DNA of 64,000 bases from Thermoflexia bacterium (GTDB lineage Bacteria > Chloroflexota > Anaerolineae > B4-G1 > SLSP01). Positions 1 through 9,728 of the stretch are shown in pieces. Each line of letters opens with the position of its first letter. Position 1 is the first letter of the stretch. Location of the stretch: the NCBI GenBank assembly GCA_011192175.1, contig DUEJ01000001.1:3090-67089 (forward strand), read 5' to 3'. Under the pieces are notes generated by a model. That model worked only from the letters and a program-made list of their open reading frames with translations, did no database searches and was not told where the DNA came from. The translations under genes and the position numbers were made by a program.

Positions 1-1
1 T

Positions 2-1024
2 GAAAATCGCCCTCTGAGCGGCGATCAAGTACGCCAACTGGCAACTACCCGTTCGGCGGGCGATTACGAAGCCGAGGTGCTTCCCGGCGCGACCCGGCAG
101 GATTTGGACCCGGAACTGCTAGCGGAATTTGTCCAAAAGTGGGCGGAGCGTCAAGGGCGACCGCTAACCCGGCCCCTGGATGAGCTGTTGCACGCACAAG
201 GCTGGCTCTCGCCCGAGGGGCGGCCCACCATCGCCGGGATGTTACTCTGGGGAGAGAACCCGCAACTCTTTGTGCCCCGCAGCGGGCTTACCTTTGTGCG
301 CTTTGAGGGCACGAAGATGCGCGGCGCGGGCGGCGAACCAGGCTACGGCCGGCGCGTGGAAGTGCGGGGCCCGTTACCCCGCATTATCCAGCGCACCTGG
401 GAGATTATCCAAGAAGAGATCCAGGTAGGCGCGGTAGTACGCAGCTTGGAGCGGGAAGAGAACTGGGCCTATCCGCCAACCGCGATTCGCGAGGCTCTCG
501 TCAACGCCGTCGCGCACCGTGACTACCGCCTGCGCGGCCGAGCCATTGAAGTGCGTATCTTTGATGATCGCCTGGAAATCTCCAGTCCCGGCGGGCTGCC
601 TGGGTTCATCACCATTGATAACATCGTGGATGAACACTTCTCCCGTAACCCGCGTATCGTTAATGGTCTTTTCCAATGGGGTTACATCGAGGAGTTGGGA
701 CTGGGAGTTGATCTGATGATTGAAGAGATGGTGGGCGCCGGCCATGAACCACCCCAATTCCGCGATACGCCTTTCTCTTTTACTGTGACGTTCCAGGCGG
801 CGCGCAAACAGTGGCTGCGCCAGCGCCGGCTCTCCACCAACGAGCGCCAGGCGAAAGCGTTGGATTACATCCAGAAGCACGAGCATATCACCAACGGTGA
901 ATATCAAGAGCTCTGCCCTAACGTCAGTTCCGAGACTCTCCGCCTTGACTTGGTCGATCTGGTAAAAAAAGGAGTGCTTTTAAAAATCGGGGCCAAGCGC
1001 GGCACCTATTACATCTTGAAGTAA
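2..1024 (+). CDS. COG2865-type putative transcriptional regulator (AlbA_2 / HATPase_c_4-like, often misannotated as RecG-related). The 5' end is truncated by the window edge.
   Basis: The reading frame is open from base 2 with no upstream stop. Motifs ALVNAVAHRDY and LEISSPGGLP are typical of the family. A C-terminal HTH-like segment is present. Confidence 0.6.
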   Translation, partial: ENRPLSGDQVRQLATTRSAGDYEAEVLPGATRQDLDPELLAEFVQKWAERQGRPLTRPLDELLHAQGWLSPEGRPTIAGMLLWGENPQLFVPRSGLTFVRFEGTKMRGAGGEPGYGRRVEVRGPLPRIIQRTWEIIQEEIQVGAVVRSLEREENWAYPPTAIREALVNAVAHRDYRLRGRAIEVRIFDDRLEISSPGGLPGFITIDNIVDEHFSRNPRIVNGLFQWGYIEELGLGVDLMIEEMVGAGHEPPQFRDTPFSFTVTFQAARKQWLRQRRLSTNERQAKALDYIQKHEHITNGEYQELCPNVSSETLRLDLVDLVKKGVLLKIGAKRGTYYILK

Positions 1025-1084
1025 GCTCTTCTCTGACCTATCGCGCGCCGCCGGCGAGGTGGCGCGTTTGGCTTTACTAAAAGA

Positions 1085-1275
1085 CCCAGCATTTCTCCGC
1101 TAAGCCGCTAAGAAAAAATTTAGACCGGGTTGAAAAGTTTATCCCCCACTGGTCAAAGAGTTAATTCTCTGAAGATTAATTTTCGAATCTTTGCGCCTTT
1201 GTGATAAAAATCTATGTTTTTGCAGTAGACTCAATTATCGTATTTTCTCTCAGTGTCTCTAGATTTCTTCTCTGT
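1085..1275. repeat. dispersed composite intergenic repeat family (copy A)
   Basis: ccgctaagaaaaaattta...ctctgaagattaattttcgaatctttgcgcc...tttttgcagtagactcaatt...tctctgtgtatctctgg. Inverted homologue of 36290-36480. Confidence 0.7.
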
Positions 1276-1387
1276 GTATCTCTGGGTACCCCCTAATGCA
1301 GGCGTCACTTTTACCGTAACGCCTTGACGTTGAAGTTATGCTATTTGGGGATAAACTGATAGCGTCATTCGTGAGAAGGAGAATTGT

Positions 1388-2779
1388 ATGCCGACTTATA
1401 CTATTCATGGGCAGGAGCTTAACGTAATCGAAAAAGGGTCGCCACGCCGGCAAGTAGCGGTGTTGATCCATGGTTGGTCTAGCTCTTGGTATGCGATGTC
1501 GCCGCTCTTGGATTGGCTTAGCCAACGGTTCCACTGTTACGCCGTGGATTTGCCCGGATACGGGGAGTCGCCGCGCCTGCCGGAGCGCACCACCATCACT
1601 GCTTACGCCGAGCTGTTGGCGGAGTTTATCATGCAAGTGAGCACTGGTCCGGTAGTGTTGGTCGGGCACTCGATGGGGGGCATGACGAGCGTGACCATCG
1701 CGTTGCGGTACCGCGTCTTGGTGGAGCGGATGGTACTGCTCAGTCCCACCATCACGGGGCGACTGACCTCATATATCAACGCGGTCGTCTCACCCATCAC
1801 TTTGCTAGAACGTTTCGGGCTGGGGACCTTGCTGGTCTCTTCGATAGAGCGCGCCTTTATGGGACTCACTGACCGCATCATGCGCCCGGCTTCCTTCGCC
1901 GAGCGGAGCGGGATCACAGAGGAGGACTACAAACGCATTCGCGCTGATGCGCGGAATCCCGGTCAGGGGCGCGTGCGGACCGAATGTTTCTTCGCCATGC
2001 GCGAGAATAACTTGAGTGGCCAACTGGCCCAGCTGGATACACCTACTCTCGTCATCTGGGGCGCAGAAGATAACACTGTCCCGTTGAGCGATTCCGGGGT
2101 GATGGCTGACGAATGGCCGGCCGCCGATTTACGGATTCTGCCGCAGGCCGGTCATTGGCCGCAATTCGAGGCCCACGCCGCTACCCGGCGCATTGTCGCC
2201 GCCTATCTAGGCCTGCCGCGTTTTGGCGATAGGCTCTACACCCCCGTCGGGGATGAAGAATTATTACAAGTACACGAGATAGCCCAATTCTTAGCTCATT
2301 CGGGAATCGGCAACGAACTAAATTTTGCACAGCGGTTGCGCTTGGCGGCGCAGTGCCTACCGCATACCTACACGCCAGGAGAAAAGATCGTCGGTGTCAC
2401 TGAGAGCGGAAACGAACTTTACATTATTCACAGCGGCGTGGTGGAAGTTTGGAATGATCCCCAACGGCCTGGTGAAGAGTCGGCAGGGAAACTCCATGTG
2501 GCCGATTTACATCCGGGAGAGTTAGCCGGGGAATTAGCCCTCTTCGATGAGGAAACACGCAGTGCCGATCTGCTAGCCGGCCCGCAAGGAGCTACCTTGC
2601 TCGCCCTGAACCGCGAACGTTTGTTGGGGCTTTGCGAAGATGACGCGGTGCTGGGCACGCGCTTGTTGTGGAATATCGCTGGCGCACTCTCGCAGCGCGT
2701 CCGCTTTATCCTCTGGCAGATGCACCAACTACACCATCAACAACCAATAGTAGACGGTAGACAGGACACAGTTCCCTAA
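1388..2779 (+). CDS. alpha/beta-hydrolase fold protein fused to a C-terminal cyclic-nucleotide-binding (CAP-like) domain
   Basis: N-terminal HGWSSS...GHSMGG nucleophile elbow. The C-terminal region GELAGELALFDEETRSADL resembles a cNMP-binding cassette. RBS aggaga precedes the ATG. Confidence 0.7.
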   Translation: MPTYTIHGQELNVIEKGSPRRQVAVLIHGWSSSWYAMSPLLDWLSQRFHCYAVDLPGYGESPRLPERTTITAYAELLAEFIMQVSTGPVVLVGHSMGGMTSVTIALRYRVLVERMVLLSPTITGRLTSYINAVVSPITLLERFGLGTLLVSSIERAFMGLTDRIMRPASFAERSGITEEDYKRIRADARNPGQGRVRTECFFAMRENNLSGQLAQLDTPTLVIWGAEDNTVPLSDSGVMADEWPAADLRILPQAGHWPQFEAHAATRRIVAAYLGLPRFGDRLYTPVGDEELLQVHEIAQFLAHSGIGNELNFAQRLRLAAQCLPHTYTPGEKIVGVTESGNELYIIHSGVVEVWNDPQRPGEESAGKLHVADLHPGELAGELALFDEETRSADLLAGPQGATLLALNRERLLGLCEDDAVLGTRLLWNIAGALSQRVRFILWQMHQLHHQQPIVDGRQDTVP

Positions 2780-2885
2780 CTACGATCATCCATTAAATTA
2801 GCATTGCCGGAAACCTGTGGACGGTCTCCGACGACCAATGGCTAACTGATTAGCTGACTAACGACTACCTGACGAAGGAATTACC

Positions 2886-3875
2886 ATGCCCTACTTTGAC
2901 TCTTTCCAACGACCCATCAGCTACCTTAGAGTATCCGTCACCGACCGCTGCAACCTACGTTGCGTTTACTGTATGCCAGAGGGCGGTGTGGCCCAGATAC
3001 CGCACCAGGACATCTTGCGGTATGAGGAACTTGAGCGCATCGTGCGGGTCGCCGTGGGGATGGGCATTAACCATGTTCGCCTCACGGGCGGGGAACCGTT
3101 GGTGAGGAGCGGCATTGTAGAACTGGTGACTGCGCTGGCCGCTATCCCGGGGCTGGATGATCTTTCGATGACGACCAATGGGACCCTGCTAGCGCGTTAC
3201 GCGGACGCCTTGGCCCAGGCAGGCTTGCGGCGGGTCAACATCAGCTTAGATACGCTTGACCCGAAGCGTTTCCGGCAGACGACCAGATTGGGAACACTCG
3301 CCGAGGTGTTGGCGGGGCGGAAAGCCGCGTTGCGTGCGGGCCTGCGCCCGGTGAAGATCAACACGGTGGTGATCCGTGGCTTGAACGATGACGAAGTAGT
3401 CGAGCTGGCGCGGCAGACGTTCCAACCGGATTGGCATTTGCGCTTCATTGAGGTGATGCCGCTGGGCAGTGGCGTACATTGGGCCGGCGATGGGGTGGTG
3501 CCCTCCGCCGAGATCCGCGCGCGTATCGCCGCTGCGTGGGGAGAGCTGACGCCCGTACATGGCAAAACCGGCGTCGGCCCGGCCCGCTACTATCGCCTAC
3601 CTCACGCGGAAGGGACGTTAGGCTTCATCAGCGCCATCAGCGAGCATTTTTGCCATGCTTGTAACCGCCTCCGCCTGACCTCCGATGGTCAAATTTTGCC
3701 CTGTTTGATGTCCAACCAGAGCGTAGATCTAAAAACTCCCCTGCGGGCGGGCGTTGATGACGCAACCTTGCAGGAGATTTTTGAGCAAGCCATCCGGGCT
3801 AAACCCCGAGGGCACCATTTGACGGAAGGTATTTTACCTTTAAACGTCAGACCGATGTCGGGCATTGGAGGCTAG
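2886..3875 (+). CDS. moaA: GTP 3',8-cyclase MoaA (radical SAM)
   Basis: Motif [20 protein letters not shown] is the CxxxCxxC radical-SAM signature. C-terminal Cys motifs [13 protein letters not shown] are typical of MoaA. Confidence 0.9.
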   Translation: MPYFDSFQRPISYLRVSVTDRCNLRCVYCMPEGGVAQIPHQDILRYEELERIVRVAVGMGINHVRLTGGEPLVRSGIVELVTALAAIPGLDDLSMTTNGTLLARYADALAQAGLRRVNISLDTLDPKRFRQTTRLGTLAEVLAGRKAALRAGLRPVKINTVVIRGLNDDEVVELARQTFQPDWHLRFIEVMPLGSGVHWAGDGVVPSAEIRARIAAAWGELTPVHGKTGVGPARYYRLPHAEGTLGFISAISEHFCHACNRLRLTSDGQILPCLMSNQSVDLKTPLRAGVDDATLQEIFEQAIRAKPRGHHLTEGILPLNVRPMSGIGG

Positions 3876-4362
3876 ACCGATGAAACTATCACATTTAGAT
3901 GAGACGGGCGCGGCACAGATGGTTGATGTTACGGAGAAAAGTTCCACGCAGCGGATGGCGAGAGCTGCCGGCGAGGTCCAGATGCGGCCGGAGACATTAG
4001 CGCTGATTCAGGCCGGGAGTTTGGCTAAGGGAGACGTGTTAGCCGTGGCGCGCGTCGCGGGAATCATGGCCGCCAAGCGCACTCCCACGTTGATCCCGCT
4101 CTGCCATCCACTCCCGATCACCAAAGTAAAGGTGGATTTCTCCTTCGCTGAAGAGCCGTCGCGGGTCAAAATTGTGGCGGAGGTGCGTTGCACCGGCGTT
4201 ACCGGGGTGGAGATGGAAGCCTTGACGGCGGTGAGCGTCGCCGCGCTCACCATCTACGATATGGGCAAAGCCGTCGAGCGCGGCATGCAGATTCAGCAGA
4301 TTCGCCTCTTAGAAAAACATGGCGGCCAGAGCGGCGATATTGTATTGGAAAGAGTCGAGTAG
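3865..4362 (+). CDS. moaC: cyclic pyranopterin monophosphate synthase MoaC
   Basis: MoaC-like sequence (LSHLD...[12 protein letters not shown]). It overlaps the moaA 3' end by 11 bp, which indicates translational coupling. Confidence 0.85.
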   Translation: MEARPMKLSHLDETGAAQMVDVTEKSSTQRMARAAGEVQMRPETLALIQAGSLAKGDVLAVARVAGIMAAKRTPTLIPLCHPLPITKVKVDFSFAEEPSRVKIVAEVRCTGVTGVEMEALTAVSVAALTIYDMGKAVERGMQIQQIRLLEKHGGQSGDIVLERVE

Positions 4363-4610
4363 TCAGGATGAGTATTCAAAACCAGCGACATTCCGAGGAG
4401 AGTGCCACCCGTTTAGCGGGGAGCATAAAGCCGAGGAATCTACCAGCTCTGGGCTAAGCTCGTCGAGAGATGTAATAGTTTCCTCGCTGCGCTCGGAATG
4501 ACACCGTTAGCCGCTCTGGGCCTCCTGACTGAAGCCCCAGAGCGTCGCGGATAGGTGAAAAATCTGTATAATTGGTGCAATCGGTGGATAAAATTAAAAA
4601 GGAGCAATTT

Positions 4611-5447
4611 ATGCGCGTTGATTTACACATTCACACCACGGCCTCCGATGGCCGTTGGACGCCGGAGCAGGTGATTGCGGGTGTTCAAGCGGAGGGTATC
4701 GGTCTCTTTGCCATCTCCGATCATGATTCCATTGCCAATGTGGCAGAGACAGAGCGGCTAGCACGGGCGGCCGCGCTACGTTTTCTCCGTGCTGTTGAGA
4801 TCTCCACCACGGTGGGAGGAAATATCTTCCATATTTTGGCCTACAACATTGATCTTAAGGCTCCGGCATTGCGATCTTTGCTGGCTGAGAATACCGCCAA
4901 GATGGAAGCGACTGATGACCACGATATCCGCGCGCTGATCGAATTGGGGTATCCCCTGGATTTTGAGGAGTACCAACATTACACGTATGAGCGGACACGC
5001 GGCGGCTTCAAATCCCTCAATTACCTTCTTGATAAAGGCCTCTGTGCCAGCCCCCAGGAGTTCTTCGAGCAGCTTAGCCCTAAGTTTGGCCGGATTTGGC
5101 CGGATTTTTTGCATCCCACCGAGACGGTAGCGGTGATCCGTGCGGCGGGAGGAGTGCCAATCTTGGCTCATCCGGGAGCGAGTTTTAGAAATTTGGGGGG
5201 CGTGACAGAAGCAACGCTGAACTCACTGTTGCCTTACGGGATCGCCGGCGTTGAATGTTACTCACAGTACCATGATGAAGAGACGACCCAACGTTGCGTG
5301 GCCTGGTGTGAGCGTCATGATTGGCTGATCACCGGCGGCTCGGATTACCACGGGGGCTACGTGAACCGGCAGCTGGGCGTCCCGGTGGTGGATACCAGCG
5401 CCCTAAGCCTAGGAGAATTATTCGCGGCCAGTTGTTTGGGTGACTAA
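4611..5447 (+). CDS. PHP-domain metal-dependent phosphoesterase
   Basis: Motif MRVDLHIHTTASDG...ISDHDS is a PHP signature. RBS aaaggag precedes the ATG at 4611. The ORF track opens upstream at 4572, but the internal ATG has the better RBS. Confidence 0.7.
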   Translation: MRVDLHIHTTASDGRWTPEQVIAGVQAEGIGLFAISDHDSIANVAETERLARAAALRFLRAVEISTTVGGNIFHILAYNIDLKAPALRSLLAENTAKMEATDDHDIRALIELGYPLDFEEYQHYTYERTRGGFKSLNYLLDKGLCASPQEFFEQLSPKFGRIWPDFLHPTETVAVIRAAGGVPILAHPGASFRNLGGVTEATLNSLLPYGIAGVECYSQYHDEETTQRCVAWCERHDWLITGGSDYHGGYVNRQLGVPVVDTSALSLGELFAASCLGD

Positions 5448-5750
5448 ATTTCATTGAATTTCACCATGAAGGCACAAAGAACACTGAGAAAAAATTAAAA
5501 AACTCGGTACTCTCAGTGTCCTAGTATGATAAAATAGTATGATAAAATTAGCATGGGACCCGGCAGGCAGGCCGTGTCTAGGTCAATCGCAGGCCGCCAC
5601 AGAGTTCTGTGGTGAAAACTGCCCCGGAATATTGAGAGGCTCCAGTATAGTTAAATAGGTTTAATCCAAAACTAAATTTTTTTTTCTTAGTGTCTTAGCG
5701 GTGAACTAGTTTTTTAGGGAAGTCAACATTTTGAGTAGCAAAGGAGGTAT

Positions 5751-6755
5751 ATGAGTAATTTTGTAGGCTCTAATTTTTTGTTGGTAGCATTTGTTGGCAC
5801 AGCGTTATTTTTTGATTTTCTGAATGGTTTCCATGACAGTTCCAATACCGTCGCGACCATGATCGCTTCTCGCGCCGTAACCCCGGTGCGGGCGTTAATG
5901 ATGAGCGCTGCCGCGCACTTTGTCAGCCCCTTTATTTTTGGGGTAGCCGTGGCTACCACTATCGGGCATGAGGTCGTTGCGGAATCTGCCACCACCCTGC
6001 CAGTCGTCTGGGCCGCGCTTTTAGGCGCGAGTCTCTGGAATCTGCTCACTTGGTTGTTGGGGATTCCTTCTAGCTCTTCACATGCGCTGGTCGGGGGGTT
6101 AGTGGGGGCTACATTTGTGGGTTTTGGGCCCCAAGCTGTTCTGGTGGATGGGTTGAGTAAGATATTATTGGTCTTGTTAATCTCTCCCCTGCTGGGCTTG
6201 ATTGGCAGCTATATCCTAATGAAGGTTACGCGGTTACTCGCTCGCAGGGCGACGCCACGCATTGATAATTTCTTCCGGAAGAGTCAAGTGGTGACGGCGT
6301 TGGCTTTGGCGTTGAGCCACGGCAGCAACGACGCGCAGAAGACGATGGGCGTGATCACCATGGGATTAGTAGCGAGTGGCACGCTAACCGAGTTCCACGT
6401 GCCTCTGTGGGTGGTGGGCGCGTGTGCCGGAGCGATTTCGTTGGGCACCGCGTTAGGCGGCTGGCGCATTATCCATACGCTGGGTGGCAAATTCTATCGC
6501 ATCCGTCCGATACATAGTTTTGTCTCACAGATCTCATCAGCTGGCATCATCATGGGAGCCGCGCTCATGGGGGGGCCGGTGAGCACCTCGCACGTCGTCA
6601 GTACTACTATTCTGGGCGCCGGGGCCGGAGAACGGCTTAACATGGTACGCTGGCAAGTGATGAACAGTATTCTGGTTGCTTGGGCCTTAACCATTCCGGC
6701 CGCCGCAGCAATGTCTGGGTTAATTTATTGGTTATTAGAAGGGGGCTTAAGATAA
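5751..6755 (+). CDS. inorganic phosphate transporter, PiT family
   Basis: GFHDSSNTVATMIASRAV and the later GSNDAQKTMGVI are the paired PHO4 motifs. The protein is polytopic and hydrophobic. Confidence 0.85.
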   Translation: MSNFVGSNFLLVAFVGTALFFDFLNGFHDSSNTVATMIASRAVTPVRALMMSAAAHFVSPFIFGVAVATTIGHEVVAESATTLPVVWAALLGASLWNLLTWLLGIPSSSSHALVGGLVGATFVGFGPQAVLVDGLSKILLVLLISPLLGLIGSYILMKVTRLLARRATPRIDNFFRKSQVVTALALALSHGSNDAQKTMGVITMGLVASGTLTEFHVPLWVVGACAGAISLGTALGGWRIIHTLGGKFYRIRPIHSFVSQISSAGIIMGAALMGGPVSTSHVVSTTILGAGAGERLNMVRWQVMNSILVAWALTIPAAAAMSGLIYWLLEGGLR

Positions 6756-6756
6756 G

Positions 6757-7386
6757 ATGGGATTCCTAAAAAACTTGTTCAAACCTAAACCGAATAAATT
6801 TTTAGTATTGTTGGAAAAACAGAGCAAGTTGACGTTGCAGGGCGTCGAGGCTTTGGTTGAATATCTGGATGATCCTACAGAGGAGTGGGCCAACAAAATT
6901 AATAAGTTAGAAAAAGAGGCGGATGAAGTGCGCCGTATCTTGATCGAGGATCTCAATCAGACTTTCGTCACGCCGATTGACCGGGAGGATATCCACGCGC
7001 TCTCACGCAACATCGATGATATTATTGATTACGCTTACAGTACCGTCGGCGAGATGGATATCCTAAACGTGGCTCCCAATGATTTTATGCGGCGCATTGC
7101 CTCGTTACTGGTCGAGGCCACCAATGAAATCTATCTAGGGGTGTTGCGTCTCGCTGACCATCCCGGTGTGGCCGAGGATCACGCGATGCGGGCTAAGGCG
7201 ATGGAGAATCGGGTAGAGTGGGTCTATCGTGAGGCGTTGGGCGCGCTCTTCCAAATGCCCCAGGATGTGGAACATGTGGTAGAGATGCTCAAGCTGCGCG
7301 AGATATACCGGCATTTGAGCAATGCCGCAGATCAGGGGGATGCCGCCGCTAACGTGTTGGGCGATATTGTGGTGAAGATGTCGTAA
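6757..7386 (+). CDS. DUF47 / PhoU-like Pit accessory protein
   Basis: The start is 1 bp after the pit stop. Helical, PhoU-like composition. The pit plus DUF47 pairing is conserved (B. subtilis ykaA-ykaB). Confidence 0.65.
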   Translation: MGFLKNLFKPKPNKFLVLLEKQSKLTLQGVEALVEYLDDPTEEWANKINKLEKEADEVRRILIEDLNQTFVTPIDREDIHALSRNIDDIIDYAYSTVGEMDILNVAPNDFMRRIASLLVEATNEIYLGVLRLADHPGVAEDHAMRAKAMENRVEWVYREALGALFQMPQDVEHVVEMLKLREIYRHLSNAADQGDAAANVLGDIVVKMS

Positions 7387-7419
7387 GCGTGGCGGGCTTG
7401 TTTTGCGTTGAGACCAAAA

Positions 7420-7462
7420 GACCTCCAATTTCCTTCGGAAATTGGAGGTCTGGGTTTCTGGC
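7420..7462 (+). terminator. putative intrinsic terminator after the pit-DUF47 operon
   Basis: Perfect 13-bp stem (gacctccaatttc / gaaattggaggtc) with a cttcg loop, followed by tgggtttctgg. Confidence 0.5.
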
Positions 7463-7486
7463 CCCAACGCAAGTTCGGGCTAAACA

Positions 7487-7542
7487 AGCCTGGCGACTGA
7501 AGTCGCGGCTACCTTTGCGAAGTCCACCTGCGTGGACTAGTG
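7487..7542. repeat. 55-bp double-hairpin intergenic repeat, copy 1
   Basis: Near-identical to 10853..10908. It contains the palindromes gcgactgaagtcgc and gtccacctgcgtggac. Confidence 0.8.
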
Positions 7543-7698
7543 CTGGCTTGGGACGGTTTTCTGCGTAGGCCAAAGTCCCAATGCCAGGAACTGTGCCCGT
7601 GCAACACGATTGGGTTTGGCGGGGTGGCTCGGGCGGGAGACCAGCTACAGCTGACGTTCGCTCTCGTGAGAGGGCCCAGAAAACTTTGCCCGTGGTTT

Positions 7699-8811
7699 TT
7701 AGCCACGGGCATTGCTGTATTGAGCCACAATCGTGGTCAATTGCTCGAACTGTCGCTCCATGTCTGCCAGCAGATACAGCTGTACCCGGCAGCGATCTAG
7801 GTTCTGATTTTCGCGGTGGGTTTTGAAGTAGATGTCACCTTGCAAATAATCGGTCAGGAAGCGGATGCCGTTTTCAAACGTCATCAGACGCGCGGAAAAC
7901 GGCAAATACTCGATCTCCAGCGGGGTGAGGGTCTCGCGCAGCGTGTCCAAGTAACCGTGGGCCAGGCTATCGAAAATCTCCAGGTCAATATGTACTTGGG
8001 AAAAATCTCGGGTATCCTCGGCCACGGGATTGGCGGCGAAGCGCACCGCGTCGCCAAAATCGTAGAGCGAAAGCCCCGGCATCACGGTGTCCAGGTCGAT
8101 AACGCAGATTCCTTGACCGGTCTCGTTATCCAGCATGATGTTGTTGAATTTGGTATCGTTATGCGTGACGCGCTGTGGTAATTTACCCTCGGCGATCAGA
8201 TCAACCAAAACGGAACTCTCCGCCTCGCGTGCCCGGATAAACTCAATCTCTGGGCGCACATATTGTACGCGCTCCAGTAGATCCGCGGCCACCGCCGCCT
8301 CGAACGCCTCAAAACGTTTGCGGGTATGGTGAAAGTGCGGGATGGTCTCGTAGAGCTCCTCGGCGGGGAAATCGCTGAGTAATTCCTGGAAATTACCAAA
8401 AGCGTGCGCCGCGTTATAAACGTGGGCCAGGCTCGCTACCTGCTGGTACGTCTGCGCCGCGGTGATAAAGAGGTAGACGCGCCAATAAGTGCCATCGCTG
8501 TGCTGATAGAACCACTCCCCGTCTAACGTGGGAACGAGGTTGAGCGTCTCCCGCTCCACGTCCCCGTCTCTGGCTTGAATTTTCCGGCGGAGGTGCGCGG
8601 TCACGCGCTCGATGTTCCGCATCAGCTCCACCGGTTTGGTGAAAACCTGGTGGTTGATACGCTGCAAGATGTAATCCTGGTGCTCCGCGCCGGTATGGTT
8701 GCACTTCATCAAGTAAGTGTCGTTGATATGGCCGTAGCCATAAGGGTGGATGGCTTGCACCGTGCCGTGGAGCTGAAATTGCTGGCTGACCTGCGTCAAT
8801 ATTTTTTTCAT
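7699..8811 (-). CDS. APH-fold anomeric sugar kinase, N-acetylhexosamine 1-kinase (NahK)-like
   Basis: Motifs GHINDTY, VTHNDTKFNNI, IDLDTVMPG, YDFGD and FLTDYLQGDIYF match the NahK/APH family. The ATG abuts the stop of the upstream nucleotidyltransferase. Confidence 0.7.
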   Translation of the reverse strand: MKKILTQVSQQFQLHGTVQAIHPYGYGHINDTYLMKCNHTGAEHQDYILQRINHQVFTKPVELMRNIERVTAHLRRKIQARDGDVERETLNLVPTLDGEWFYQHSDGTYWRVYLFITAAQTYQQVASLAHVYNAAHAFGNFQELLSDFPAEELYETIPHFHHTRKRFEAFEAAVAADLLERVQYVRPEIEFIRAREAESSVLVDLIAEGKLPQRVTHNDTKFNNIMLDNETGQGICVIDLDTVMPGLSLYDFGDAVRFAANPVAEDTRDFSQVHIDLEIFDSLAHGYLDTLRETLTPLEIEYLPFSARLMTFENGIRFLTDYLQGDIYFKTHRENQNLDRCRVQLYLLADMERQFEQLTTIVAQYSNARG

Positions 8812-9726
8812 TTACGTTGCCTCCCAGAGTTTCGAGGGATAGCTGCCCCGGTTGATTAGCTCCTGGAGAGCACGTCTGACCCGTGGTTTGTCCTCGCGAT
8901 AGGTCACGCCTAGCCAACGTTCGTCCGTCTGCAACACGCAGACCGTCGCTTTGTCCGCACGGACGAGCTTGCCAACCACTGCCGGCAGGAAATACTCGGC
9001 TTTTGGTTCTGCCCCATGTTGGGCCAGGAAGCGCGGGAAATCTAGCTCCATCTCGGCGAAGAGGCTGGGGGTGAAACCCCACATATTCATGGAGACGAGG
9101 GCGTCGGCGGGGAGGGGATGCCATTGGCCGTTAGCTTGGTATTGGATACCGGCGGCGCGTTGCTCAATGTGTAGGCGTTCATCAACCTTCACGAGGAGAC
9201 CGTTTTGGATTGTGCAGACGCCGCGTGATACATACCCATGCTCGGTCACGGTGTTACGGAGCTGGTAGCCGACCATGCAGTAGTTGTGCCGCCTCTGTTT
9301 TTCCCCAGCCACTTGTTGTAGGTAAGCGCTCAGGATTTGATAGGCGCCGCGGCCGTAGAAGTCATCGGCGTTGATGACGGCAAAGGGCGCCTTGACTACC
9401 TTTCGGCAACTGTAGACCGCGTGCGCGGTGCCCCACGGTTTCTTTCGGGCTGGGGGCAGGGTGAAGTTCGCCGGCACGTCCGTGAGCCGCTGGTAGACAT
9501 ACTCGGTAGCGCAGACCTGCTCAATAGCGTGTCCTACCTCGGCGCGGAAGGTCTCGGCCAGCTCCTCTTTGATGACGAAGACCACGCGGCTAAAGCCTGC
9601 TTGCAGCGCATCGTAAACGGAATAGTCGATGATTTTCTCGCCGTGGGGGCCAACTGGATCGATTTGTTTGAGGCCGCCGTAGCGGCTGCCCATGCCGGCG
9701 GCCATCACAATTAATGTGGGTAGCAT
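8812..9726 (-). CDS. sugar-1-phosphate nucleotidyltransferase (NTP_transferase family)
   Basis: N-terminal motif LIVMAAGMGSRYGG plus KPWGTAHAV. The start was reassigned to the internal ATG at 9726, which has RBS ggagtag and sits 2 bp after the galE stop. The longer ORF-track start would overlap galE by 88 bp. Confidence 0.7.
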   Translation of the reverse strand: MLPTLIVMAAGMGSRYGGLKQIDPVGPHGEKIIDYSVYDALQAGFSRVVFVIKEELAETFRAEVGHAIEQVCATEYVYQRLTDVPANFTLPPARKKPWGTAHAVYSCRKVVKAPFAVINADDFYGRGAYQILSAYLQQVAGEKQRRHNYCMVGYQLRNTVTEHGYVSRGVCTIQNGLLVKVDERLHIEQRAAGIQYQANGQWHPLPADALVSMNMWGFTPSLFAEMELDFPRFLAQHGAEPKAEYFLPAVVGKLVRADKATVCVLQTDERWLGVTYREDKPRVRRALQELINRGSYPSKLWEAT

Positions 9727-9728
9727 AA

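Noticed and set aside
2780-2885. Possible Moco riboswitch upstream of moaA
   Set aside because: The spacer is only about 105 nt, and I cannot identify the conserved Moco-RNA core elements in it. A covariance-model search would be needed.
5524-5550. Direct repeat agtatgataaaat x2 upstream of pit as a possible Pho box
   Set aside because: It lies more than 200 bp from the start codon inside an AT-rich spacer that also contains dispersed-repeat modules. It does not match PhoB/PhoP consensus spacing, and PiT transporters are usually not Pho-regulated.
8414-9124. 236-aa minus-strand ORF (Arg/Pro/Gly-rich)
   Set aside because: It lies in an alternative frame across the NahK-like/NTase junction, and its composition is typical of an out-of-frame GC-rich ORF. 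The NahK-like and NTase genes have motif and RBS support.
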